Shown here: one piece after another, positions 50,011 through 63,274 of the stretch
Numbering within the stretch: the first letter of the stretch is position 1
Layout of the letters: each line of letters opens with the position of its first letter
NCBI RefSeq assembly: GCF_004010195.1
Contig: NC_057757.1
Span: 8,018,458 to 8,082,457 of the forward strand
DNA length: 64,000 nucleotides
DNA from: Chiloscyllium plagiosum
Lineage: Eukaryota
Direction of reading: 5' to 3'
Program-made: the position numbers and the translations under genes
The notes under the pieces: model-generated
The model's input: only the letters and a program-made list of their open reading frames with translations
Told to the model about the DNA's origin: nothing
Databases searched by the model: none

Positions 50011-50574
50011 TAAATTCAAACGTCCCATGTGTTATGGTCACACATAGGATCAATCCTCGAACATTACAGTACAGAAGAGGCCTTTCAGCACATTGAGTCT
50101 GGACCACTAAAGCTACGCTAAACCTACTCTGGCCTGAATTTCTCACCCACAGCCCTGAATGTTATGACATTTCAAATGCTCATCCGAGTATGGTTAAAAG
50201 GTTTTCGTCCTTCACTATCCTCCCAGGCAGTACATTCCAGATCCCTACCACCCTCTGGGTAGAAACATTTTTCCTCATATCCCCTCCAAAACATGTGGCC
50301 TTCATTTTAATATGATTTTCCCTTGCTATTTGTCCTTCAACTTGTGTGGGAACAGCAGCATTCTCTCCATCCTGTCCAAGTCCCTCATAACCTTATACAC
50401 ACCTCTATTGGGTCACCCGCTCAGCCTTCACTAACTCCAAAGAAAACAACCTGGGGCTTATCCAGCCTCAGCATTGACTTCTCCACCTCCTGATGCTGTC
50501 TGGCCTGCTGTGTTCTTCCGGTCTCCTGCCTATCTACTTTGGATTCCAGTATCTGCAGTTTTTTCCTTTGGTCT

Positions 50575-51160
50575 CCATATTGCCAGCCCCTTTGGGTAAT
50601 CCGTCCTGACAGGGAAGGGGATAAAGGTTCGATCGGCCCAGTTCCCGAAGAAACGTTGCCTGGGTTTCCCTTGGCTCCCCAGATTGGTTCAAACTGGTCG
50701 TAGGTGCCCACAAGTCTGCGCTCTGACAGCTGATCCCAGCAGAAAACGGAGACGCCATCCATGTACAGGCAGGCCTGAACCTGTAGGCCTCTGCTGCCTG
50801 GAATAGTACACCCCTCTCCCACCCCCATCACCCCAGGCTTGTATCCTTCCTGATGGACTTGGCAAAAGGGTTCCATACAACACACAGACAAGGCAGGAGA
50901 GAGTGGGCAGCCCCACCTGACTCTGGATCTGATTGGGAAGCTTTCCGATTCCCACCCGCTCACTGGGACTGCACTGATGACGTCAATACAGAGCAGTCAG
51001 ATCCAAATCCGAATTCTGGAGAAAACAGGCCTAATCTGTATCACCTCTCCCCATAACCGAACCCCTGAAAACCAAGTATCATGCTTGGTGTGCTTCCTCC
51101 AAGTCCAATCGATGGTATCATACCCCGATCTGCTCACAGTACTGCGAGTGGGATCTTGTT
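50575..51160 (-). mobile_element. Tx1/L1-clade RT fragment
   Basis: SFPIRSRVRWGCPLSPAL...LYMDGV. Confidence 0.75.
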
Positions 51161-51479
51161 TTTGAGAGTGCGGTGCTGGAAAAGCACAGCCAGTCAGGCA
51201 GCATCCAAGGAGCAGGAGAGTCGACGTTTCAAGCATAAGCTCTTCATCAGGAATGGAAATGAAAGGCATGAAAGGCAATCATTTCAAGCTCACCTCTTGA
51301 CCTAAAATCTCCTGCCCAGGAGAGTTTCCAATGTGTGCATCACTGAGCAGGTTATTACTGACTGCCTCTTGATTGAACTGTCGATGACCCCTTCCAAAAC
51401 TTTTCTAATCAAGAGTAGACTGATATGTCAGAAATAGCACTGGCTGGCCTTATTGTGAATTAATTGGCAATTTTCCATA

Positions 51480-52410
51480 CGACCATAAGACCATCGGAGC
51501 AGAAGCTAGGCCATTCAGCCCATTGAGTCTGCTCCGCCATTCAATCATAGCTAATACATTTCTCAATCCCACTCTCCCGCTTTCTCCCTGTGACCCTTGA
51601 AAATCAAGATATATCTATCTCCATCTTAAATATATTCAATGACCTGCTCTCCATGGCCTTCTGTGGCAGTGAATCCCACAGATTCCCCACTCTCGGGTTG
51701 AAGAAGAATCTCAGTATCTCCGTTTTAAAAGCTCTTCCCTTCACTCTAAGGCTATGCACTCGGGTCCCTCCTCCTAATGGGAATCAAATTCACAACATCC
51801 TCTCTGTCCAGGCCATTCAGTATTCTGTATGTTTTAGTTAGATCCCCCTTTGTCCTTCTGAACTCCATGGAGTAAAGATCCAGAGTCCTCAAATTTTCCT
51901 CATGTATCATTTCAGGTTTTCTCTGGATGCTCTGGTTTCCTCCACAATCCAAAGATGTGCAGGTTAGGTGAATTGGCCATGCTAAATTGCCCAAAGTGTT
52001 CAGTGTGTTAGTCAGAGGGAAATGGGGTCTGGGTGGGTTCCTCTTCAGAAGGTCAGTGTGGACTTGCTGGGCCGAAGGGCCTTTTTCCACACTGTAAGGA
52101 ATCTAATCTCTGTGTAAAAAAAAGTGCCCCTCACATCTCCTTTGAACTTTCCCCCTCTCATCTTAAATGCATGCCCCCTAGTTTTAGACATTTCAACTCT
52201 GGGGTAAAACCATTCTGACCGTCAACCCTAACCTTGCATTTCATAATTTTATAAACTTCTGTCAAGTCCCCCCTTAGCCTCCGCCGCTCCAGTGAAAACA
52301 ACCTGAGCTTTTCTAACTGCTCCTTACAGCTCATCCCCTCCAATCCAGGCAGCATCCTGGTAAACCTCTCCAAAGCGTCCACATCCTTCCTGCAATGTGG
52401 TGACCAGAAC
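51480..52410 (-). mobile_element. CR1 fragments with a partial SINE (+, ~51905-52110)
   Basis: [22 protein letters not shown]. Confidence 0.85.
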
Positions 52411-52924
52411 AGAATGGTTCTGTCCACTGTATCATTTAGCACATGGGTAATTTGTCAGCTAAGTCTCTTGTCTTTTCCATACTAATTCATTCTCCTATGC
52501 TTGGTGCCAATGGCCGCATATGCACATTACATGCCCGAGTCTCCAGCATCCTAAGATAATGAAGTATAGACCATGTCCAAATGTAGCAATTCCTGGACAA
52601 CAAGTGGAAAGTAACATTCACACCACAACATGCAATACCAGGCAATGACCACCTCCAACAAGAAAGAATCTAGACATTGCTTGTTGATATTCAATGATGT
52701 CAACATTACTGGATCCCCCACTATCAACATCTGGGGTTTATCATTACTAGAAACGGAGATTTGATTTGATTGATTTATTGTCCCATGTACCGAAGTACAG
52801 TGAAAGGCATTGTTCACAAGCAGTATAGGCAGCTCATAGACAGCAAGGATGTACAGCTCAGAAAGACTGAGAAAGAGGTGGAAAGGTTACATTGCTCAAG
52901 GCTAGTGCGACGTTAGCAAGGTCA

Positions 52925-53590
52925 GTGTTATTTGAGGCCAGAGGGTCCATTCATCAGTCTAATAACAGCGGGGAAGAAGCTATTTCTGAATCTGCTGTTG
53001 CATGTGTTCAAGCTTCTGTATCTCCTGCCTGACAGAAGAGCTTGTAGGAAATTAATACCGGGGTGGGAGAGGTCTTTGATGATGTTAACTGCCTTTCTGT
53101 GGCAGCGAGCTGTGTAAATGGAGTCTGTGGATGGGAGATTGGCTTCTGTGATGGTCTGCGTTGTGCACACAACCTTTTATAGGTCCTGGGCAGAGCAGTT
53201 GCCACGGCAGCCTGTATACAGGCAGACAGTATGTTTTCTAGGGTGCATCTGTAAACATTGGTGAGGGTCCTTAAGGGCAGGCTGAATTTCCTGAGCCGAC
53301 TGAGAAAGAAGAGGCCCTCTTGACCATCGCAACTACATGGGAGGTCCAGGACAGGTTGTTGGTTATTGTCACTCCGAGGAACCTGATGCTCTCCACCCTG
53401 TCAACCTCCGTTCCCTTGATATAGATGGAAGCGTGATCTCCTTCTTCCTTCCTGAAGCCAATGCTGAGTTCTATGGTTTTGCTGACATTGAGAGAGAGGT
53501 TTTTATCATTGTACCATGTGTCACCAAGCCCTCTAACTGCCTTCTGTATTTTGACTCGTCACTGTTAGACATCTGTCCAACTCCGTTGAT
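52925..53590 (-). mobile_element. Rex1/Babar-like LINE 3' fragment
   Basis: SGRRYRSL...RFRNSFFPAVIRLMN. Confidence 0.7.
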
Positions 53591-55479
53591 ATCATCAGTG
53601 CACTTGTAGATGGCATTCATTTGAAAATGGACCATCCATTTAAATAAGGTGGCACAAGAGCACATCGGAGGGTGGGAATCCTGTCGTGAGTCACTCACCT
53701 TCAGACTCCTCAAAGCCTGTCCACTATCCACAATGCACAAGTCAGGAGTGTGAATGAATATTGCCAAGATTAGTGTGGCACTGGAAAAGCACAGCAGGCC
53801 AGGCAGCATCCAAGGAGCAGGAAAATCCATGTTTTGGGCCAAAGCCTTTCATCAGGAAGGAATATTCCCCAATTGTCTGGATGGGTGCAGCTCCAACAAC
53901 TCTCAAGAAGCTTGACATCGCAGCTGTAGACAATGTTAAGGTTAGAGTGGTGCTGGAAAAGCACAGCAGGTCAGGCAGCATCCGAGGAGCAGGAGCCCTT
54001 CATCATTCCTTGATTGCCACATTTTGCATTTTGGAGATGGGCTCTCCCTTTTCACTGTCTTCTATGCTCGGACAATTTAAGTTAAAAAAGGACTAAAATT
54101 GACCAGTTAATAGAGAGGTGGTATACATGAAATGAGGAGCCCTCAGCCATTATCTTTTGCAGACTTTTTCGATGCTTTCCCTACACCAATGTTTACAATA
54201 GAGCAACAAAGACTCTGAAAGGGGACCTGAATTGGGAATTAAAACTGACATCGTTTCTGATTTTCTCTTACGTCTTTTCTGGTCGATTCAGATACTTTGC
54301 CAAACATCAACGTGGCAACTCCAAACTTGGAAAATGTGCAAAATTTCGAAAGGAATGGATCAGTGACTGAATGGGTCAGTTTATCTGATGTTTGCTTTTG
54401 CCAAGAGATTGTACCTTTGATTAAACAAGTCCCAGAGGATCTGGCTTCTTTCAATCCTGGTGATAAAGTACTTCAGGCCCTAAGGAACTATCGCCTCAAT
54501 TTCTCGGCAAGAAAAGAATGGAATTAAGTGGGAACGAAGCAACTTGTATTTCTCATGTCCTGAAGCATTTTAAAATTTTCTAACTTCAAATGAACGACAT
54601 TTTCTGCTGCTTTTGAAATTACGTATGGAAGAGAACTGACTACAGAGAGTTTGCACAACTTTTCGTGCAACTCTCTGCTGTTAGCTCTCGAGTATGCGAA
54701 TACTTCTCCAGGTGTGAGGTGGGTGAACACTTTCTTTGGGAGTTGGTCGTCGCCTCTCAAGTAAGGAGTGTGTGATGGGGCTCAAATAAGGACTGGAATG
54801 GGTAAGTGGCCAAAATAGCCTCTTTTATTCAGCAATCGCAGCACAAGTTTGAGGTGGCGTTAGAATGCTGAAATACTGTTCTTACAGGAGCTCTTTTACA
54901 GCCAGTTGTACGTATATTAAAATGGTGTAACATCTGTTATCTGTAGCACGCAATGGCATGAAGGGCTTCTGTCCTGGGAGACAGGAGATGGGTATAATAT
55001 GTGAAATGCTGGCTGCTACTTCTGATGGGACATCGATCCGGTCTGCTTACATTCTCTTTTAAATTAGTAAATGTTAGTCAACATGCTAGACCTGTATGCT
55101 CTAACTAAATTAAAAATTGCACCTCTACTTAATTAAGGATATTAAATTGATTACTGCAGCCGGGTTGTGAGATTTATTTACGATTTGCCGGTATGAGTTT
55201 CATTCAAACATGCAAAATCATGCAAGCGCTGTTTTGTCAGTTAGTTCCTTAAAGGGATAACGGCCCAGTTAAAAGGCATTTAATAGGTACTTAATCTATG
55301 CAGGTCCAGGGAATGGTTGGTAAGGGCTGATTAATGTTTCATGGAAATGGTATTGTTCTGTATGCTGATAAGGTGGGGAAATGCAGTAATGAGTTTGAAA
55401 GGATTGTTTTAAATTTGAATACTAAGAACCACGGTTTTGTGAACGAATGAGTGAATGATACCATGTTATAGTAAATAAC

Positions 55480-55712
55480 AGCTGGAAATGTGTTGCTGGA
55501 AAAGCGCAGCAGGTCAGGCAGCATCCAAGGAGCAGGAGAATCGACGTTTCGGGCATAAGCCCTTCTACAGGAATCAGGAATAGTTTCCTGAAGAAGGGCT
55601 CATGCCCGAAACGTCAATTCTCCTGCTCCTTGGATGCTGCCTGACCTGCTGCGCTTTTCCAGCAACACATTTTCAGCTCTGATCTCCAGCATCTGCAGCC
55701 CTCACTTTCTCC
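55480..55712. mobile_element. Penelope terminal palindrome with hammerhead core
   Basis: Inverted arms; CTGAAGA-agggctcatgccc-GAAAcGTC at ~55588-55615. Confidence 0.8.
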
Positions 55713-56203
55713 TACAATATCTCCAAACATAATATCTCACAGGAGACAAGTAGACTGCCCTGAGTTACAGATGAAAGTGTTCAGTGAGTGGGCAGCAAGG
55801 AGGTAGGTGGGTAAAAGGTGTGAATGGAAAGTGAGAGGTCATTCACGTTGCTGGGGAGGATGGAGAAAGCAAGCCACATCCGACAAGTGTGAAATCTCTA
55901 AACCTCTACGTTCATAGGGACTTGGGCGCACTCATAGACGGGCTCACGCAGTTACGGCAAGCACTTGGGAACGCAAACAACATAAAATCAAACAAAGAAC
56001 TGCAGATGGTGGAAATAGCGCCAGAGAGTCATACGGCACAGAAACACACCCCTCAGCCCAACTCATCCATGTTGTCCAAGTGTCCTAAACTGAACGCGCC
56101 CCATTTGCCTGCATCTGGCCTGAATCCCTCTCAACCTTTCCTATCAAAGTACCTGTCCAAATGTCTTTTAAATGTTGTAATTGTACACACCTCTACAATT
56201 GTA

Positions 56204-57060
56204 ACAGGGCACTCATCCTGGAGCAGCAGTAGCCAGGATGCAGTAATATAGTAACCAGTTACCCTATAAATCTAGCATGGTGTGAATTCAGACCTAGTCT
56301 TTACAGGGCACTTATCTCAGAGCAGCAGCAGCTGGGAGGGACACAGTAATCGGTAACCCTATAAATCTAGTGCGGTGTGGATTTGGGCCTAGTCTTTACA
56401 GGGCACTTACCTCAGAGTAGCAGCAGCAGCAGCAGCAGCAGTAACCGGTAACCCTATAAATCTAGTGTGGTGTGGATTCGGGCCTAATCTTTACAGGGCA
56501 CTAATCTCAAAGCAGCAGCAGCTGGGAGGGACACAGTAATGGGTAACCCTATAAATCTAGTGTGGTGTGGATTCAGACCTAGTCTTTCCAGGGCACTTAT
56601 CTCAGAGCAGCAGCAACTGGGAGGGACACAGTAACCGGTAACCCTATAAATCTAGTGTGGTGTGGATTCAAACCTAGTTTTTACAGGGCACTTATCTCAG
56701 AGCAGCAGCAGCAGCTGAGAGGGACACAGTAACCGGTAACCCTACAAATCTATTGTCGTGTGTATTCGGGCCTAATCTTTACAAGTCACTTTTCTCAGAG
56801 CAGCAGCAGCTGGGAGGGACACAGTAACCAGTAACCCTATAAATCTAGTGCGGTGTGGATTCGGGCCTAGTCTTTACAGGGCACTTATCTCAGAGCAGCA
56901 GCAGCTGGGAAGGACACAGTAATCGGTAACCCTATAAATCTAGTGCGGTGTGGATTCGGGCCTAGTCTTTACAGGACACTTATCTCAGAGCAGCAGCAGC
57001 TGGGATGGACACAGTAATCGGTAACCCTATAAATCTAGTGTGGTGTGGATTTGGGCTTAG
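56204..57060. repeat. ~95-bp tandem repeat, ~9 copies
   Basis: Unit acagggcacttatctcagagcagcagcagctgggagggacacagtaaccggtaaccctataaatctagtgtggtgtggattcgggcctagtcttt. Confidence 0.95.
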
Positions 57061-57419
57061 TTTTCAGACTCGAGGTTCTTCTGCCTTTCCCTTGTGATTG
57101 TTAAGTAGCTGGTCCAGCGTTTTGAGCATCAGTACATTTATTTCTCAAGGAGGTGTGTGACAGTGAACCTGCATGTGACAAACCACTGAACCCTATCATT
57201 TCAGTAGAAAAAAAAATTGTTATTACAGTTGGTCAGGTTACCTCCTGCTGTCTATCTCCTCAGGCAAGATTCTGTTTCTTCAGTTAAGTTGTTTTCTGCT
57301 GTTGAGCCTTTAGCTTGTTATGCCTATATTTGGTTGGGACCACCTGACTCCTCGATGCTGCCTGACCTGCTGCGCTTTTCCAGCAACACATTTTCAGCAC
57401 CACCTGACTCCTCTAGAGT

Positions 57420-57650
57420 TAAAAATCCCACAACACCAGGTTATAGTCCAACTGGTTTACTTGGAAGCACTGCTCCTTCATCAGGTGGTTGTGGAGTCAA
57501 TGGTGTCCTACGATCTTATACTCTACAACCACCTGATGAAGGAGCAGCGCTCTGAAAGCTAGTGCTTCCAATTAAACCTGTTGGACAACAACATGGTGTG
57601 TGGTTTTTAACTTTGTCCACCCCAGTCCAACACCGGCCTCTCCAAGTCAT
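57420..57650. mobile_element. Third Penelope-type palindromic terminal element with hammerhead motif
   Basis: cac-CTGATGA-aggagcagcgctct-GAAA-gCTA-gtg at ~57530-57565; related copy at ~48757-48820. Confidence 0.65.
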
Positions 57651-58351
57651 TAATCCTCCGAGTTTGCCATCTTTACCAGTATGTAATAAAACCATGAGGA
57701 CATCGATACGGTGAATAGCCAAGGTCTTTACCATAGAGGAGGGAGTCAAAGAGGGCCTGGGTTTATGGTGAGAGGAAAAAGATTGAAATGGGACCTGAGG
57801 GAAAACTGCTTCCCACAAAAGGAACGAGCTGCCTGAGAAGGTGGTGGAGGCAAGTACAATTGCAACATTTAAGGAACGTTTGGATTGGTACACTCCTAGG
57901 AAAGGTTCAGAGAAATATGGGTTAAATGCAGACAACTGGGACTAGTTCAAATTAGGAAATTTGAACAATGTGGACTGAAGAGTCTGTTTCTGCGCTGTAC
58001 AACCTTAATTTGGTCTGGCGACAGTGTTTGTTGAGAAACCTGTTGAAGACCTTGAAATCAAATCGACGAAAGCTATTGAATTTGTCGTCTCGGTAACTGG
58101 AAATACCATTTTTGCTTGATGTTATGATCTGTGAAATGTTTGATTTGATTAGATTGTCATGTACACTCAAATACAGAAGTGCAGGAGTACAATGAAAAGT
58201 GTATGATGTCGTCACATACGGTGACATCTTAGGTACAAGTACCTAGGTACAGAATCATAAGATCATGGTCAAAAGAAAGAACAAAGTTAAAAATTAAACA
58301 TTGCACTAGTTATAGCGAAGTGTAAAACATGCAAAATAAGGTTAAAATTGT

Positions 58352-58670
58352 GGGATCCCTACATGCAGGAACATGCCCTTCGGCCCAACAAGTCCACACC
58401 GACCCTCTGAAGAGTAACCCATCCATTCCCCTAAACTATTACTCTACATTTACCCCTGAATAATGTCCCTAACCTATGTGTCCCTGAACACTATGGGCAA
58501 ATTAGCACAGCCAATTCACCTACCTCGCACGTCTTTTTAGATTGTGGGAGGAAACACACACAGACACGGGGAGAACGTACAAACTCCACACAGACAGTCA
58601 CCTGAGGCCAGAATCCAACCCCAGTCCCTGGCGCTGTGAGGCAGCAGTGCTAGCCACTGAGCCACTGTGC
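58352..58670 (-). mobile_element. HE1-type SINE
   Basis: Full-length copy. Confidence 0.85.
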
Positions 58671-58779
58671 TTTAGTTTTAAGGTGAAAATAAAGAAATAA
58701 AGCTGAAAATTCAAACATTACAATGGGATCACACTTCGAGGAATCACCTCAAGACCACAAGTCTAGACTGAGGCCATGT

Positions 58780-61515
58780 CAGGCTGAGAGACCACCACAC
58801 TGGGCCACTGAGAGACTGCCAATCCAGGCCGAGAGACCACCGCACTGGGCCACTGAGAGACTGCCAATCCAGGCCGAGAGACCACAACACTGGGCCACTG
58901 AGAGACTATCACACTAGGCCACTGAGAGACTGCCAATCCAGGCCAAGAGACCACCACACTGGGCCACTGAGAAACTGCCACACCAGGCTGAGAGGCCACC
59001 ACTGTAGGCCACTGAGAGACTGCCAATTCAGGCTGAGAGACCACCACACTGGGCCACTGAGAAACTGCCAATCCAGCCTGAGAGACCACCACACTGGGCC
59101 ACTGAGAGACTGCCACACTGGGCCACTGAGAGACCACCACACTGGGCCACTGAGAAACTGCCACGCCAGGCTGAGAGACCACCACACTGGGCCACTGAGA
59201 AACTGCCAATCCAGCCTGAGACCACCACACTGGGCCACTGAGAAACTGCCAATCCAGACTGAGAGACCACCACACAGGGCCACTGAGAGACTGCCACACC
59301 AGCCTGAGAGACCACCACACTGGGCCACTGAGAAACTGCCAATTCAGGCTGAGAGACCACTACACTGAGCCACTGAGAGACTGCCAATCCAGGCTGAGAG
59401 ACCACCGCACTGGGCCACTGAGAGACTGCCAATCCAGGCTGAGAGACCACCACACTGGGCCACTGAGAGACTGCCACACCAGGCTGAGAGACCACACTGG
59501 GCCACTGAGAAACTGCCAATGCAGGCTGAGAGACCACCGCACTAGGCCACTGAGAGACCACCACACTGGGCCACTGAGAGACTGCCAATCCAGGCTGAGA
59601 GACCATTACACTGGGCCACTGAGAGACTGCCAATCCAGGCTGAGAGACAACCACACTGGGCCACTGAGAGACTGCCACACCATCCTGAGAGACCACCACA
59701 CTGGGTCACTGAGAGACTGCCAATCCAGGCTGAGAGACCACTACACTGGGCCACTGAGAGACTGCCAATCCAGGCCGAGGGACTACCACACTGGGCCACT
59801 AAGAGACTGCCAATCCAGGCTAAGAGACCACCACACTGGGCCACTGAGAGACTGGCACACCAGGCTGAGAGACCACCACACTGGGTCACTGAGAGACTGC
59901 CAATCCAGGCTGAGAGACCACCACACTGGGCCACTGAGAGACTGCGACACCAGGCTGAGAGACCACCACACTGGGCCAATGAGAGACTGCCACGCCAGGC
60001 TGAGAGACCACACTGGGCCACTGAGAGACCACCATACTAGGCCACTGAGAGACTGCCAATCCGGGCCGAGGGACTACCACACTGGGCCACTGAGAGACTG
60101 CCAATCCAGGCTAAGAGACCACCACACTCGGCCACTAAGAGACTGCCATGCTAGGCTGAGAGACTACCACACTAGGCCACTAAGAGACTGCCACGCCAGG
60201 CTGAGAGACCACCACACTGGGCCACTAAGAGACTGCTATGCATGGCTGAGAGACCACCACACTGCACCACTAAGAGACTTCCACGCCAGGCTGAGAGACC
60301 ACCACACCGGGCCACTGAGAGACTGCCAATCCAGGCTGAGAGACCACCACTCTGGGCCACTGAGAGACTGCCAAGCCAGGCTGAGAGACCACCACACTGC
60401 ACCACTAAGAGACTGCCACACCAGGCTGAGAGACCACCACACCAGGCCACTGAGAGACTGCCAATCCAGGCTGAGAGACCACCGCACTAGCCCACTGAGA
60501 GACTGCCATGCCAGGCTGAGAGACCACTACACTGGGCCACTGAGAGACTGCCACACTGGGCCACTGAGACACCACCACACTGGGCCACTGAGTGACTGCC
60601 AATCCAGGCTGAGAGACCACCACACTGGGCCACTGAGAGACTGCCAATCCAGGCTGAGAGACCACCACACTGGGCCACTGAGAGACTGCCAATCCAGGCT
60701 GAGAGACCACCACACTGGACCACTGAGAGACTGCCAATCCAGGCTGAGTGACCACCGCACTGGGTCACTGAGAGACTGCCACGCCAGGCTGAGAGACCAC
60801 AACACTGGGCCACTGAGAGACTGCCAATCCAGGCTGAGTGACCACCGCACTGGGTCACTGAGAGACTGCCACGCCAGGCTGAGAGACCACAACACTGGGC
60901 CACTGAGAGACTGCCAATCCAGGCTGAGAGACCACCACACTGGGCCAGTGAGAGACTGCCAATCCAGGCTGAGAGACCACCGCACTGGGTCACTGAGAGA
61001 CTGCCACGCCAGGCTGAGAGACCACCACACTGGGCCACTGAGAGACTGCCAATCCAGGCTGAGAGACCACCACACTGGGCCACTGAGAGACTGCCACGCC
61101 AGGCTGAGAGACCACAACACTGGGCCACTGAGAGACTGCCAATCCAGGCTGAGAGACCACCACACCAGGCCACTGAGCGATTGCCACACCAGGCCGAGAG
61201 ACCACCACAGTGGGCCACTGAGAGACTGCCACGCCAGGCTGAGAGACTACCACACTGGGGCACTGAGAGACTGCCAATCTAGGCTGAGAGACCACCACAC
61301 TGGGCCACTGAGAGACTGCCAATCCAAGCTGAGAGACCACCACACCAGGCCACTGAGAGATTGCCACACCAGGCTGAGAGACCACCACACTGGGCCACTG
61401 AGAGACTGCCAATCCAGGCTGTGAGACCACCACACTGGCCCACTGAGAGACTGCCAATCCAAGCTGAGAGACCACCACACCAGGCCACTGAGAGATTGCC
61501 ACACCAGGCCGAGAG
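58780..61515. repeat. 45-bp minisatellite (24+21-bp subunits), ~2.7 kb
   Basis: Unit ccaggctgagagaccaccacactgggccactgagagactgccaat. Confidence 0.97.
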
Positions 61516-62394
61516 AAAGTACTATCCAAACGGAGCAGTGATTTACTTGCACTTCAGTCAGCTGGAGTAAATGTTCTGTCTTTGGTCCTAACACGAGTTT
61601 GAAACTATAAATATAATGTCCATGTTAAGAAATCCTGCCTGCAATTTTGGAGAAAATTTAAAACCCAAAGATTCACTTTTTAAACGTTTGCTGTATTATT
61701 CGAGTAAAATATAATCCGGAAGCACGGTGTCAAGGGAGCTAACTTTCTGGTTCAAATGAGTAGAGGAACCTTTACTCTGCATTTCAACCTCTTTTTGTCT
61801 CTATCCCAGGAGGGTTTGTGGGGATGGAGTTGGGGCAATGTCATTTTTATTTTGAAAGCGTCAAAGGAACTTTATTTTGAGTTTGAAAGCATCCAGGGAG
61901 CTTTGAGCTCCACAGGAAGGTTCACTTCAGCAGAGGGTAGAGAGAGCTGTGCTCTGTATTTAACCCAGTGCTATCCCTCTCCAAGATGACAGGGATGGTG
62001 TCAAGCAGACTTGACCTCTCCTTTCCCATTATTGTTTATCAGATAACAGCTTGAACCAAGCAAAGATAGAGCTAACGTAACAAATGCTGGTGACACCCAT
62101 TAGGTCTGACAGCGTTTACGGAGAGACAAACAGAGTTAATGAGTTGAATCTAGTGTGGCCAGAAGTGGAAGGGATTGGAATTGTTTTAGTTTTTACATTT
62201 GACAGACAGGGAAGAGGAGAACAGATGGTGTGGAGGCTCATTGTGAAAAACAAAGGGTCAGGAAACAGCGACGGAAGAGAAATCGAGATGGTAAATGGGT
62301 GCAACTTAAGATGAGAGAGGATGAAAATGGATCCTGTCCAGTGAGAACAAAACTAACAAGATAAGGCACACACAGCATGACGTCGGGCCCTGAC

Positions 62395-62740
62395 ATAGAA
62401 CATAGAACATAGAAAAGTACAGCACAGAACAAGTCCTTAGGCCCACGATGTTGTGCCGAGATTTTATCCTAATGTACAATACAGTAACTTAATTCACAGC
62501 TCTCCATGTGTGTATCCAGCAGTCGCTTAAATGTCCCTAATGACTCTGCTTCCACCACCACCGCTAGCAAAGCATTCCATGCTCTCACAACTCGCTGCGT
62601 AATGAACCTACCTCTGATGTCTGCTTTATACCTTCCTCCTAATATCTTCAAACTATGACTTCTCGTACCAGTCAATCCTGCCCTGGGGAAAATCTCTGGC
62701 TATTGACTGATCTATACCTCTCATTATTTTGTATACCTGT
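62395..62740 (-). mobile_element. CR1 3' end
   Basis: [16 protein letters not shown] and an (atagaac)n tail. Confidence 0.9.
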
Positions 62741-63274
62741 GGGGTTTAATGTTGAGCCCTGTAGGCTGGCATGTGTCTCAGTGGAAAATGAGCCTTTCTT
62801 GTTTAAGCTTGGCTGGTGCTCTGTTTGAACATTTCAAAAGGCCCAGTTCAGAAACAGTCTGACAGTAAAGTCATATTTTATGTTATGGGACAGCCCCACT
62901 CTTCAGAGAATGCATTAAACTCAATACTTCTGCTCAGAGTATTACAAAACTGAATCCTAGCCCACTGTCCAGGACATGTTAAATCCAGGACTGGCCACAC
63001 ATTTAGACAAATCAAGTCCCCGTCATTTTTTTCATAATTACTGATTGGACAGATCTTATGTGTCTTATGACCAAGCCTTGGCCATTCTATGATAGGTTAG
63101 AACTCTCAGCCATGCAGAGTTTGCAAGGAGATTAATTAAATTGTTTGTGGAGAATAAGCGATGTCAGTTGGAGTGAGTGAAGATGCCTTTTATTTTCCGT
63201 TTGAACAGGCTAACAGTAGTTTTAATGGAGGTTTTAATGTGAAATGCAAGGGCAAGTTTCCATAGGGGCAGAAA

